In this document: positions 1-8,264 of the stretch, piece after piece | How the letters are laid out: every line of letters starts with the position of its first letter | Numbering within the stretch: position 1 is the stretch's first letter | Assembly (NCBI GenBank): GCA_047947115.1 | Contig: CP170459.1 | Location: forward strand, 5,056,001-5,120,000 | Source: Verrucomicrobiota bacterium | GTDB taxonomy: Bacteria > Verrucomicrobiota > Verrucomicrobiia > Limisphaerales > AAA164-E04 | Direction: 5' to 3' | Length of the DNA stretch: 64,000 nt | Notes under the pieces: model-generated | Databases searched by the model: none | What the model saw: only the letters and a program-made list of their open reading frames with translations | Told to the model about the DNA's origin: nothing | Position numbers and translations under genes: made by a program

Positions 1-2
1 CT

Positions 3-50
3 GATCGGGAGAATGCACGCGACAACGAAAGACGTTCGGAACGTCCCTGA
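3..50 (+). CDS. 3' end of the upstream gene (partial), probably a pseudopilin of the same operon
   Basis: Frame 3 reads DRENARDNERRSERP-TGA and ends 8 nt before the next ATG. Identity is guessed from position only. Confidence 0.35.
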   Translation, partial: DRENARDNERRSERP

Positions 51-58
51 CATTCGCC

Positions 59-889
59 ATGCAAATCAGACACACCGGCAGACGACCTTTCAGAACACGC
101 GCATTCACCTTGGTTGAGTTGTTGATCAGTGTCAGCCTCATGACCGGTATCATGGCGGCGTCGTATGTGTGTTTGCAGGCGGCCCTGACCGGACGTACCA
201 TGGTCAATGACCGGTCCGATGCGATCCAGTCCGCACGCGTGGTGATGGACATGATTGCCGCCGACCTCAGAGCGGCTGATCGCCTCTCTGAACAACACGA
301 GATCCTCGGACTCGACCGCACACTCGAAGGCATTGAAGCCGACAACATCGATTTCGTCACCCGACACTATCGTCCAAAATTCCCTACTGAAGCAGACTAT
401 TGCGAGACCAGCTATTTCGTCGCCAAAAACCCGGAGACCGATCGCTTCGTCCTGTTGCGTCGGCGCGACGCTTCACCGGACGACAAACCGTTGGAGGGAG
501 GGCAACGAGAGGCCTTGATTGATCATTTGCTGGGATTGAAACTGGAGTATTACGATGGCTGGGATTGGTATGATGACTGGGGTGATGCGAAATCACCCGA
601 GAATACATCGGCGGCGGAAGAATCCTCCCTGATCGCCTCCGCCGGCAGAACCGGTTTCCCGGACGCGGTCCGCATCACACTGGCCATTGGCGAACGCACC
701 TCCGACGTTCCCGCACTTGCTCAACCCACCATGACCACCGGGGAAGAGACCGCTCCAACCATACCGGGCGCCTTGATTTTCCAAACCATCGTTCACCTCA
801 ACCATGCCGGAGCAGAGGACGCATCAGGATCCGAAACAAACGCTACCGATGCAAGCAGTGCATCCAACGGCAACACTCAGAACCAATGA
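59..889 (+). CDS. gspJ: Type II secretion minor pseudopilin, GspJ/PulJ-like
   Basis: Class III prepilin signal RTRA/FTLVELLISV with Glu5 and a hydrophobic helix. Late motifs LKLEYYDG and FPDAVRITL are typical of GspJ. Precedes a GspK-like gene. Confidence 0.8.
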   Translation: MQIRHTGRRPFRTRAFTLVELLISVSLMTGIMAASYVCLQAALTGRTMVNDRSDAIQSARVVMDMIAADLRAADRLSEQHEILGLDRTLEGIEADNIDFVTRHYRPKFPTEADYCETSYFVAKNPETDRFVLLRRRDASPDDKPLEGGQREALIDHLLGLKLEYYDGWDWYDDWGDAKSPENTSAAEESSLIASAGRTGFPDAVRITLAIGERTSDVPALAQPTMTTGEETAPTIPGALIFQTIVHLNHAGAEDASGSETNATDASSASNGNTQNQ

Positions 890-890
890 C

Positions 891-2234
891 ATGAAACACC
901 CCCGCGCAAACAACGGATCAGTCCTGGTCGGCATCTTATGGTGCATGGCGCTGCTATCCGTGGTGGTGGTGGGTTCGCTTTATACGTCCCGCATTGACCT
1001 GACGTCCACCAAACTCCATGGCGATCGCATTCAGGCTTACTATCTCGCCCTGGCTGGAGTGGAAACAGCGAAGGCACTGATCTACGAAGACGCCAAGGAC
1101 CGGAGTCAACGCAGCACGCACCACAGTGGAGCGCTTTATGAAGATCCCTCCCAATTTCAGGACATCCCATTTTCCCGGGGCACATTCAGGGTGGGCCATG
1201 CCGGCAAGCAAAACCCGGATGGCATCTGGACCTTTGGAATTCGTGATGAAGAAGGAAGGTTAAACATCAACACGGCCAGCACGGAAGAGCTGGCCAAACT
1301 TCCCGGTTCCAGTGAATCCATCGCAGCTGCCATCGTCGATTTCCGTGACAACGACGATCAGGTGACTCCGGGAGGCGCCGAATCGGATACCTACGCCAGT
1401 CTAACCCCACCCTACCTTCCTAGAAATGGTCCGTTCAAGAGTGTCGATGAACTCCGCATGGTTTATGGAATCAGCCCTTCCATGGTGGTGGGAGAAGACA
1501 GCAATCGCAACATGATCCTCGATCCCGAGGAAAACGACGGTGAAACCTCGGAACCCATGGACAATCAGGACGGCCGCCTGGATCTGGGTTGGAGCGAATG
1601 GCTCACTGCTCACTCCGCCATGGCAAACACCACCGCATCGGGCGACACGCGCATTTCCATTCAGGAGGCCGATGAAACCGAACTGACCGAAATACCCGGA
1701 ATAACCACTGACCTCGCCGAATCCATCGTAAAATTCCGGGAAGACAATGAATTTCAAACCATCGCCAGCCTGCTGGATGTTGTCCAGGCCAGCGATGATG
1801 ACGACGTCAACAATGGACGTGGAGGAGGATCCGCTTCTGGCGAGAAACTGATTTCCACCAGCGAATTCATATCGATGTCCGATTACGTCACGGTGGGCAC
1901 CGACACTTCCCTGCCCGGTCGGATCAACATCAACACCGCACCGGAAGAAATCCTGACGTGCCTGCCGGGCATGACACGCGAATTGGCGCATGCCGTAGTC
2001 AATTACCGTTCGTCCTCGGGCTACTTTGATTCAGTGGGCGCCGTGTTGAATGTGCCGGGCATGACGACGGATATTTTCAAACAACTTTGTCCCCGCATCG
2101 GGGTTCGTTCGGACACGTTCCGTATTCTGAGCGAGGGACGCATCACTTCCACCGGCGCAAAAAAGCAGATCGAAATGATCGTTCGAGTCGAGGACGGCAC
2201 CATTACCACATTGGCATACAGGGAATATCCATGA
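891..2234 (+). CDS. gspK: GspK/PulK-like pseudopilin with three helix-hairpin-helix (ComEA-like) units
   Basis: G/SVLVGILW prepilin start lacking Glu5, QAYYLALAGVETA, DEEGRLNINTA, AAAIVDFRD, RNGPFKSVDELRMVYGI, C-terminal SDTFRILSEG. Start set at ATG 891, right after the gspJ stop. Confidence 0.85.
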   Translation: MKHPRANNGSVLVGILWCMALLSVVVVGSLYTSRIDLTSTKLHGDRIQAYYLALAGVETAKALIYEDAKDRSQRSTHHSGALYEDPSQFQDIPFSRGTFRVGHAGKQNPDGIWTFGIRDEEGRLNINTASTEELAKLPGSSESIAAAIVDFRDNDDQVTPGGAESDTYASLTPPYLPRNGPFKSVDELRMVYGISPSMVVGEDSNRNMILDPEENDGETSEPMDNQDGRLDLGWSEWLTAHSAMANTTASGDTRISIQEADETELTEIPGITTDLAESIVKFREDNEFQTIASLLDVVQASDDDDVNNGRGGGSASGEKLISTSEFISMSDYVTVGTDTSLPGRININTAPEEILTCLPGMTRELAHAVVNYRSSSGYFDSVGAVLNVPGMTTDIFKQLCPRIGVRSDTFRILSEGRITSTGAKKQIEMIVRVEDGTITTLAYREYP

Positions 2235-3697
2235 CGACATCAACACAAACATCAACCCATCGATTGGCCGTTGAAATCCGCGCCGGCTCATGGCGCGGCG
2301 GCACGGCATCCGGCGGGTTTGACATCCCCATTCAACGCAACGCACAAGGCAATATCACGGACGAAAGCAGAGCGACGGTCGTCCAAGCCCTGAATGACTT
2401 GACCGGAAACAATCCCATTCAGTTCACCCATACCACCTGTGCTGTCACGTCAGGCGGAATGTTGCTGCGCACCATGGAGCTGCCGGCCGCCGCAGATGAT
2501 GAGGCGCTGAAAAATCTGGTGGAACTTCAAATCGAAAAAGAATGGCCACTGCCACCGGAAGAACTGGCCTGGGGTTTTCAGCGCATCGTGGAGCCGACCG
2601 GTTCGGACCTCAATCCGGAAACTCCCAAAGTCAAAGTGACGGTGGCGGCGATCAAAAGTTCGGTGTTCCGTCAGTACAAGGAAATCCTGTCAGACTGCCG
2701 TCTCCAAGCAGACTGGATTGTCGGAGCAAGTGTTGGGTCCATGGCAGAGGACATCGCTTCCTCCAAAACAGCCTGGCTCATGGATGTTCAGGCAAAGAAC
2801 ACGGACCTCGTCCATTACGAATGGGGTGTTCCAACGACTGCGCAAACTTTTTCAACCGGATCGAATGAATTAGTCCGGAACACCGAATCATCAGAACTCT
2901 CCAAAGACTTCCTATCCATCATCAAAACGATCCAATGCGAAGGTTCTCCTTTGATGTTGGTGGTCGCTGCAAGTGAAGCTTGCTTGAAAAAATTGCAGCC
3001 CCCCCTTCAAGCCAACTTCCCGGGGGTCCCGATTCAAAGCCAATTAATCGATACACGGCCAGGTGCAAGCCTCGCCACGCAACATCTGATCACCCATACC
3101 TGCCCCCATCCCGGCCGCAACGTGATCACACTGGAATCCCATGAAGTGAAGGCGCCGCCCGCTCCCATCGACAAGGCGCCGTTTATTCGCTGGGGTGTTC
3201 TGCTCGCCGCCTTGATCATGACCATCTTTCTGGCACGTCGAATCGAACCGAGCCTGAAAGCTGGCAAACTCGAAAGCCAACTCACACAGTTCCGCGAGCA
3301 AAAGAAACTGCTACCGGAAATCGACCGGGAACTCAGTTTCCTGGAACATATCCAAAACAAATCCCTGCCTTACATGGATATCATCGGATTGCTGGCAGCG
3401 CATTCAACACCGGGCTTTCAACTGGAATCCATGGATATGGGCAGCGACCGTCGCGTCCAACTGCGCGGTTTGCTCCAGGACGCCCATCCGGAGGACCTGC
3501 GGGCCAAACTTCTCGCCACCGATTGGTTCGATCAAGTGATACTCGATGAACAAACACCTGATCGGGACGGACGCAAACTCACCGTCCGCATCACCCTGTT
3601 GGTCAAGGAACATTTAAAACGCCCCAAAGCCACCGAAACCATGCTCGGCATTGAAACGGAATCAAAAAAGGACGAACCGAAGAAAGGGGGGAAATAA
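2231..3697 (+). CDS. GspL / PilM-PilN-like assembly platform protein
   Basis: ATGA overlap with gspK. N-terminal actin-like cytoplasmic part (LLRTMELP...LQIEKEWPLPPEELAWGF), one TM segment (WGVLLAALIMTIFLA), coiled coil and a PilN-like periplasmic tail. Confidence 0.7.
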   Translation: MTTSTQTSTHRLAVEIRAGSWRGGTASGGFDIPIQRNAQGNITDESRATVVQALNDLTGNNPIQFTHTTCAVTSGGMLLRTMELPAAADDEALKNLVELQIEKEWPLPPEELAWGFQRIVEPTGSDLNPETPKVKVTVAAIKSSVFRQYKEILSDCRLQADWIVGASVGSMAEDIASSKTAWLMDVQAKNTDLVHYEWGVPTTAQTFSTGSNELVRNTESSELSKDFLSIIKTIQCEGSPLMLVVAASEACLKKLQPPLQANFPGVPIQSQLIDTRPGASLATQHLITHTCPHPGRNVITLESHEVKAPPAPIDKAPFIRWGVLLAALIMTIFLARRIEPSLKAGKLESQLTQFREQKKLLPEIDRELSFLEHIQNKSLPYMDIIGLLAAHSTPGFQLESMDMGSDRRVQLRGLLQDAHPEDLRAKLLATDWFDQVILDEQTPDRDGRKLTVRITLLVKEHLKRPKATETMLGIETESKKDEPKKGGK

Positions 3698-3701
3698 CAT
3701 C

Positions 3702-4265
3702 ATGTTGGATTCCATGTCACAAAAAGACAAGCGCACTCTCCTTATCGGAGGCATCTTCATCATCGTTTATCTGGGTTTCTTTTATGGCAACAAGCTGCTG
3801 GGACTGTTCGAGGGCGAACGAAGGGCCTATTTTGATCAATTTGAAGAGGCTCAACAGCTGGGAGATCTTTTCAAATCCTATGAAACCCGCGTCATGAAAA
3901 TAGAAAAACTACGTGAGCAATACAGTTTGAACGTGAGAACCCTCGAAGCCACCAACCTCATCGGCAATGCCGGACGCGCCATCCAGGATCTGGTAAAAAA
4001 CTCGGGTTACAAAATGGGGCAAATACGGGAAGTCGCCAGCCGGGGCGGTCAGGGAATTGCCGCCACACTGCAACTCGAAGGAACAGGCCCCCTCAAATCG
4101 CTCATGCCTTTATTACATCGCTTTCAAACAACCGGCTATCCTCTGATTGTCGATTCCTTCACAGTGCGCGCGGAAAAGCGCAAGCCAGGCGAAGTTCAAT
4201 GGTCCGCCGAGGTGATCCTCCTGGACTATCAAAAGTGGAAAAAACCGGGAGGCGGCAATGCATGA
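3702..4265 (+). CDS. GspM/PilO-like inner membrane platform protein
   Basis: SQKDKRTLLIGG plus TM segment, coiled coil, and a C-terminal ferredoxin-like segment (LQLEGTGPLKSLMPLLHRF...LIVDSFTV). Position after the GspL-like gene. Confidence 0.7.
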   Translation: MLDSMSQKDKRTLLIGGIFIIVYLGFFYGNKLLGLFEGERRAYFDQFEEAQQLGDLFKSYETRVMKIEKLREQYSLNVRTLEATNLIGNAGRAIQDLVKNSGYKMGQIREVASRGGQGIAATLQLEGTGPLKSLMPLLHRFQTTGYPLIVDSFTVRAEKRKPGEVQWSAEVILLDYQKWKKPGGGNA

Positions 4266-4764
4266 CAAATGGCAAAAAGGATTCAAAGGGGCCGCCATTC
4301 TGCTTTGCGTTTTGGCCTTGTGGCCGATCGCACAAATGCTGTTCCGCAAATCGCCCTTGCAGGATATCCAACCCATCCAGTTAAACGCTTCTGAACCAAC
4401 TCCCGCCAAGGAGCCCGATAAAGACAAATCCGGCGGTAGCCTTCCGGGAAGGAGCAACAACCAAATGGACGACCTGCCACCGGACATTGAGAAAAGATCG
4501 GCCAAACTTGAGGAGAGCGGCATTCTGGGAAGAACCCCCAAGCCGCCCCCCATGGCCCTGATCGGTATTGCCGAACCCTATGCCTTTCTGCAAACGCCGA
4601 CGGGGCAAACCGAAAAAATCAAGGAAGGAGAATCCCTGAACGGCGTCAAAGTCCTCCGGGTCGGCTCCAACCGCGTACTGGTGGAGCACGAAGGCCAAAC
4701 CAGTGAATTATCCATTTTTTCGGGCATCGGAAGCGAATCCCTGATGCCTTCAAACAATCAATAA
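4258..4764 (+). CDS. GspC/PilP-like protein
   Basis: N-terminal TM segment, Pro-rich linker, HR-like domain (LIGIAEPYAFL...IKEGESLNGVKVLRVGSNRVLVEHEG). Immediately upstream of the secretin. Confidence 0.7.
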   Translation: MHDKWQKGFKGAAILLCVLALWPIAQMLFRKSPLQDIQPIQLNASEPTPAKEPDKDKSGGSLPGRSNNQMDDLPPDIEKRSAKLEESGILGRTPKPPPMALIGIAEPYAFLQTPTGQTEKIKEGESLNGVKVLRVGSNRVLVEHEGQTSELSIFSGIGSESLMPSNNQ

Positions 4765-4775
4765 GACTTCAGTTT

Positions 4776-7700
4776 ATGAAAACACCCACTCCCAACCAAA
4801 TGAAAGCCGGTCTCGCCGGATGCGCGATTCTGGTGCTTTTGCTGTTCATTTCCCTTCGCCCAGCCAATGAAGGATTAGAAGCTCAAAATGCTCCGGTGAT
4901 TCCACCCAACACGGAACAGGCCAACGCTGTCAATGTCACACCGGACACCACCCCTCCCTCGGAATCAGGCAACGCCAAAGCGGATGAAGCATCAACTCCG
5001 CCCAAGGATAGCGATACGGCCAGCTCCGTATCCGGCGAGGAGACGACACCTTCCTCCCCGGCACCCGCACCCGAACTGAAATCTGATGATGAAACAGCAC
5101 CATCGAATACAGAGATGCCTTCCGAGACAACCGATGAGGACAAACAGGAAGATAAGAAAAAGGACGAAGGCATCCTCTTGAGTTTCAAACAGGCCAACAT
5201 CGACATGATCAGTCAATGGCTCGCAGAAACCACCGGGAAAAGCATCGTCAAACACCCACAGGTCAACTGCAAACTGACCATCATCAGCACGCTCAAAATG
5301 AGCAAACGCTCGGCCATCGAACTAGTGTACCAGGCCCTTGCTTTGGAAGGGTTCAACGCCATTGAATCCACCAAATCCATCTTCATCCTGCCGGAAGGAC
5401 AACAACCGAAAATCAGTCCCACCCTGATTGATTCAGACAATGATGAAACAACCGAAAGCCGCCAGCCTGTCGTCCGCGTCTTTCAGTTGAACAACATCAA
5501 ATCCAGTCAGCTCAAGGAGAAGCTCAAAAACATCCTTTCCAAAACCGGCACCATCGAGACCGACGACGAAGCCAACAAGGTGATCGCAACGGATTTCGCT
5601 CAAAACATCCAGTTATTGAGTGAATTGATACAGGAATTGGATGTGCTCTCTCCATCCGATTCCGTGATTGAAATCTTTGAATTGAAGTATGCCGAAGCTG
5701 AGGAGTTATCAGGACTGTTGGGTGGCATCCTCAATGGTGTCACAGCGCCTCCCAGCCGTTCCTCATCTTCATCTTCCTCCTACTACCGACGAAGTTCATC
5801 CTCAAGATCCAGCGAAAACAATGGATCACAAGACACACGTTTGTGGGCTGATACAACGACGAATCGCTTGATTGTCTCCTGCCCAAAAGCGCGGATGAGT
5901 GAAATCAAACGTCTTGTCTTGATCCTCGACTCTGAAAAACCCACCGATGTGGCGGTGCGTGTGATCCCGTTGATACATGTGGACAGCCAGGAACTCATGC
6001 GTGAAATCGCACCCCTGTATGAAAGACTCAGTGGCACCTCCCTGAAGGAAACCATTGAAGTCACGGCAAACAGCCGATCCAATTCGCTGATCGTTCTTTC
6101 CAGCGAATCGAACTTTGAATCCATGCAGGAACTGATCCGACATCTGGACAACGAAGACGCACAGGAAACAGTGATCAAAGCCTTCCAACTGAATAACGCC
6201 GACGCGACGGATGTCTCCGAACAGCTTCGTGAACTCTACCAGGGCGGCACTGGAAGTTCTTCACGTTATACCTACGTTTACAATTATGGTTCCAGCCGAG
6301 GCGGCAGCTCGGAGAAAAAACCCAGTTTTGTCGCCGACATTCGGCGCAACACAGTCATCGTCCAAGCCCCGCCCGCATCACTTGACGGCATCGAGGAAAT
6401 GATCAAGTCCCTGGACGAACCCATCACGGACGACAGCCTGGTGCCACGCATTTTTCAATTAAAATTCGTCAGTGCCGTCGACATCGAAGAGGTGTTGAAC
6501 GAACTGTTCATCCAGGAAGATAACTCACGGGATTACTTCAACGTTTATTACTATGGATACAATTCTAACAGCTCCAACTCCAACAACACCGGGCGCCTGA
6601 TGGGCAAACTCCAGATCACCAGCGAGCCTTACTCGAATTCGATTATTGTCACATCCAATTCAGTGGAAAACATGACCGTGGTGGAGAACGTGCTGAAACA
6701 ACTCGACGTACCATCAAGTGCGGGTGAAACAACACTGCGAGTTCCGTTGAATTTCGCCAACTCCATCAAGCTGGCAAACAACGTCAATATCCTGTTCGCA
6801 AAAGGCGGCGCTCCCCCCATTCGCCCCAGTCAGAACCAACCCAATCAACCACAGAACAACAACCCAAACAATCCGAACAATCCGAATGGCGGTCAAAACT
6901 CATTCGAACTGGAGCAGGATAAAGAAGAAGATGCCTACTTCCCATGGTTGGGAGGACAACAAGACAACGCACGTGGTTTCGGAACCCAAACTGTCAGCCG
7001 CCCGGTGAGCGATCTGATTGGAAGGGTTCGCGTTGTTCCAGATGCACGAACGAATTCGCTATTGATCACGTCCAATGTTCATTTTTTACCACAAGTGCTC
7101 AAATTGGTGAACGAACTGGACACCCCGACCGCACAAGTGCTCATCGAAGCCAAAATTGTCGAGGTCTCCAGCGATTTCCGGGACAAACTAGGTATGCGCT
7201 GGTCACCGGATGGCACGCAGGTGTTTGATTCGGATGATATGGACGGTTCCCTCCAAACAGCTTCCCTCGCCAATTTCACCAAGGTCTTTGCCGGGGGCGG
7301 AACAGCGGGAAGCTTGAAAAGCGGGGTCCTGGACTCCACCATTAATCTGGACGTATTAGTGCAGTTCCTGAGAAAGAACAGCGATGCCAATGTCATGGCC
7401 GAACCCAAGATCAATGTGTCGGACAACGAACTTGGCAAACTGTTCGTGGGTGCCCGGGTTCCCTTCATCGAGGGTTCACTCAACACCCGCGAAGGCGGCC
7501 GCAACGACACTTTCAATTACCGCGATGTAGGTATCATTCTGGAAGTGACGCCACATATCAACAACTCTGAGGAAGTCGCGTTGAAAATACGTGTGGAATC
7601 CTCCAATATACGAAGCGGGGAAAGCCTCTTCGGGGGTGCCATTCTGGACACTCGCAGTTTCAAGACCGACATGGTGGTCAAGAGCGGCGAAACACTGGTC

Positions 7701-7976
7701 CTTGGGGGAATCATTCAACAGGAGACCACGGAAGTCGTCCGCAAAGTCCCGCTTTTGGGAGATATTCCCATCCTTGGATATGCTTTCAAAAAACGGGACA
7801 AAGTGGAACGGGATGTGGAACTGATGGTTTTCCTCCGTCCCGTCGTCACCAGAAGTCCGGAGGATGTCCGCAAACTCATCAAGGATGTTGAGAGCAAAAC
7901 ACCCAGAATCGAGGCTTGGCATAAGCAGCTAGAAGAGGCCAGGAAGGAAGAAGAGGAGGACGGGCACGAGGAGTAA
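4776..7976 (+). CDS. gspD: Secretin GspD with an expanded set of N-domains
   Basis: N0 domain (LSFKQANIDMISQWLAETTGKSI), repeated KH-like N-domains, and the secretin core QVLIEAKIVEV...DVGIILEVTPHIN...GETLVLGGII...KVPLLGDIPILGYAFK...ELMVFLRPVV. Confidence 0.95.
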   Translation: MKTPTPNQMKAGLAGCAILVLLLFISLRPANEGLEAQNAPVIPPNTEQANAVNVTPDTTPPSESGNAKADEASTPPKDSDTASSVSGEETTPSSPAPAPELKSDDETAPSNTEMPSETTDEDKQEDKKKDEGILLSFKQANIDMISQWLAETTGKSIVKHPQVNCKLTIISTLKMSKRSAIELVYQALALEGFNAIESTKSIFILPEGQQPKISPTLIDSDNDETTESRQPVVRVFQLNNIKSSQLKEKLKNILSKTGTIETDDEANKVIATDFAQNIQLLSELIQELDVLSPSDSVIEIFELKYAEAEELSGLLGGILNGVTAPPSRSSSSSSSYYRRSSSSRSSENNGSQDTRLWADTTTNRLIVSCPKARMSEIKRLVLILDSEKPTDVAVRVIPLIHVDSQELMREIAPLYERLSGTSLKETIEVTANSRSNSLIVLSSESNFESMQELIRHLDNEDAQETVIKAFQLNNADATDVSEQLRELYQGGTGSSSRYTYVYNYGSSRGGSSEKKPSFVADIRRNTVIVQAPPASLDGIEEMIKSLDEPITDDSLVPRIFQLKFVSAVDIEEVLNELFIQEDNSRDYFNVYYYGYNSNSSNSNNTGRLMGKLQITSEPYSNSIIVTSNSVENMTVVENVLKQLDVPSSAGETTLRVPLNFANSIKLANNVNILFAKGGAPPIRPSQNQPNQPQNNNPNNPNNPNGGQNSFELEQDKEEDAYFPWLGGQQDNARGFGTQTVSRPVSDLIGRVRVVPDARTNSLLITSNVHFLPQVLKLVNELDTPTAQVLIEAKIVEVSSDFRDKLGMRWSPDGTQVFDSDDMDGSLQTASLANFTKVFAGGGTAGSLKSGVLDSTINLDVLVQFLRKNSDANVMAEPKINVSDNELGKLFVGARVPFIEGSLNTREGGRNDTFNYRDVGIILEVTPHINNSEEVALKIRVESSNIRSGESLFGGAILDTRSFKTDMVVKSGETLVLGGIIQQETTEVVRKVPLLGDIPILGYAFKKRDKVERDVELMVFLRPVVTRSPEDVRKLIKDVESKTPRIEAWHKQLEEARKEEEEDGHEE

Positions 7977-8264
7977 GATTAGGATTAGGACTATCATTTC
8001 GGCAAGGGGGGTTGACGCGCGCCTTGAGGCATTTGCCGGATTGAGCGTGTTGTTGTGGAGTGCAATCCTTGTGGCTTTCTTTTCCGGCATGTTACCTCCC
8101 GGAGGAAAACCGCGGCGCAAGCAATTCCCAGCATTCGCATCGATCTGCCAGCAAGGGTGGATTGGCTCGATCCGGTCTGCCTGTGTGCTCTTAACCAATG
8201 GAATGAGCTTGCTCATTAAAAGAGTTGTTTTCATAATTCTTCTGTTTCCCAAAACAACTGAATT

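Noticed and set aside
891..2234. Calling the HhH-rich gene comEA and the operon a competence system
   Set aside because: The overall architecture is GspK, the HhH units are acidic, and no comEC, dprA or comF lies in the window.
6830..6890. Short tandem aac/aat-ccg repeats and nearby tct/tca runs
   Set aside because: They encode Asn/Pro/Ser low-complexity loops of the secretin. They have no spacers or fixed repeat length, so they are neither CRISPR nor a contingency repeat.
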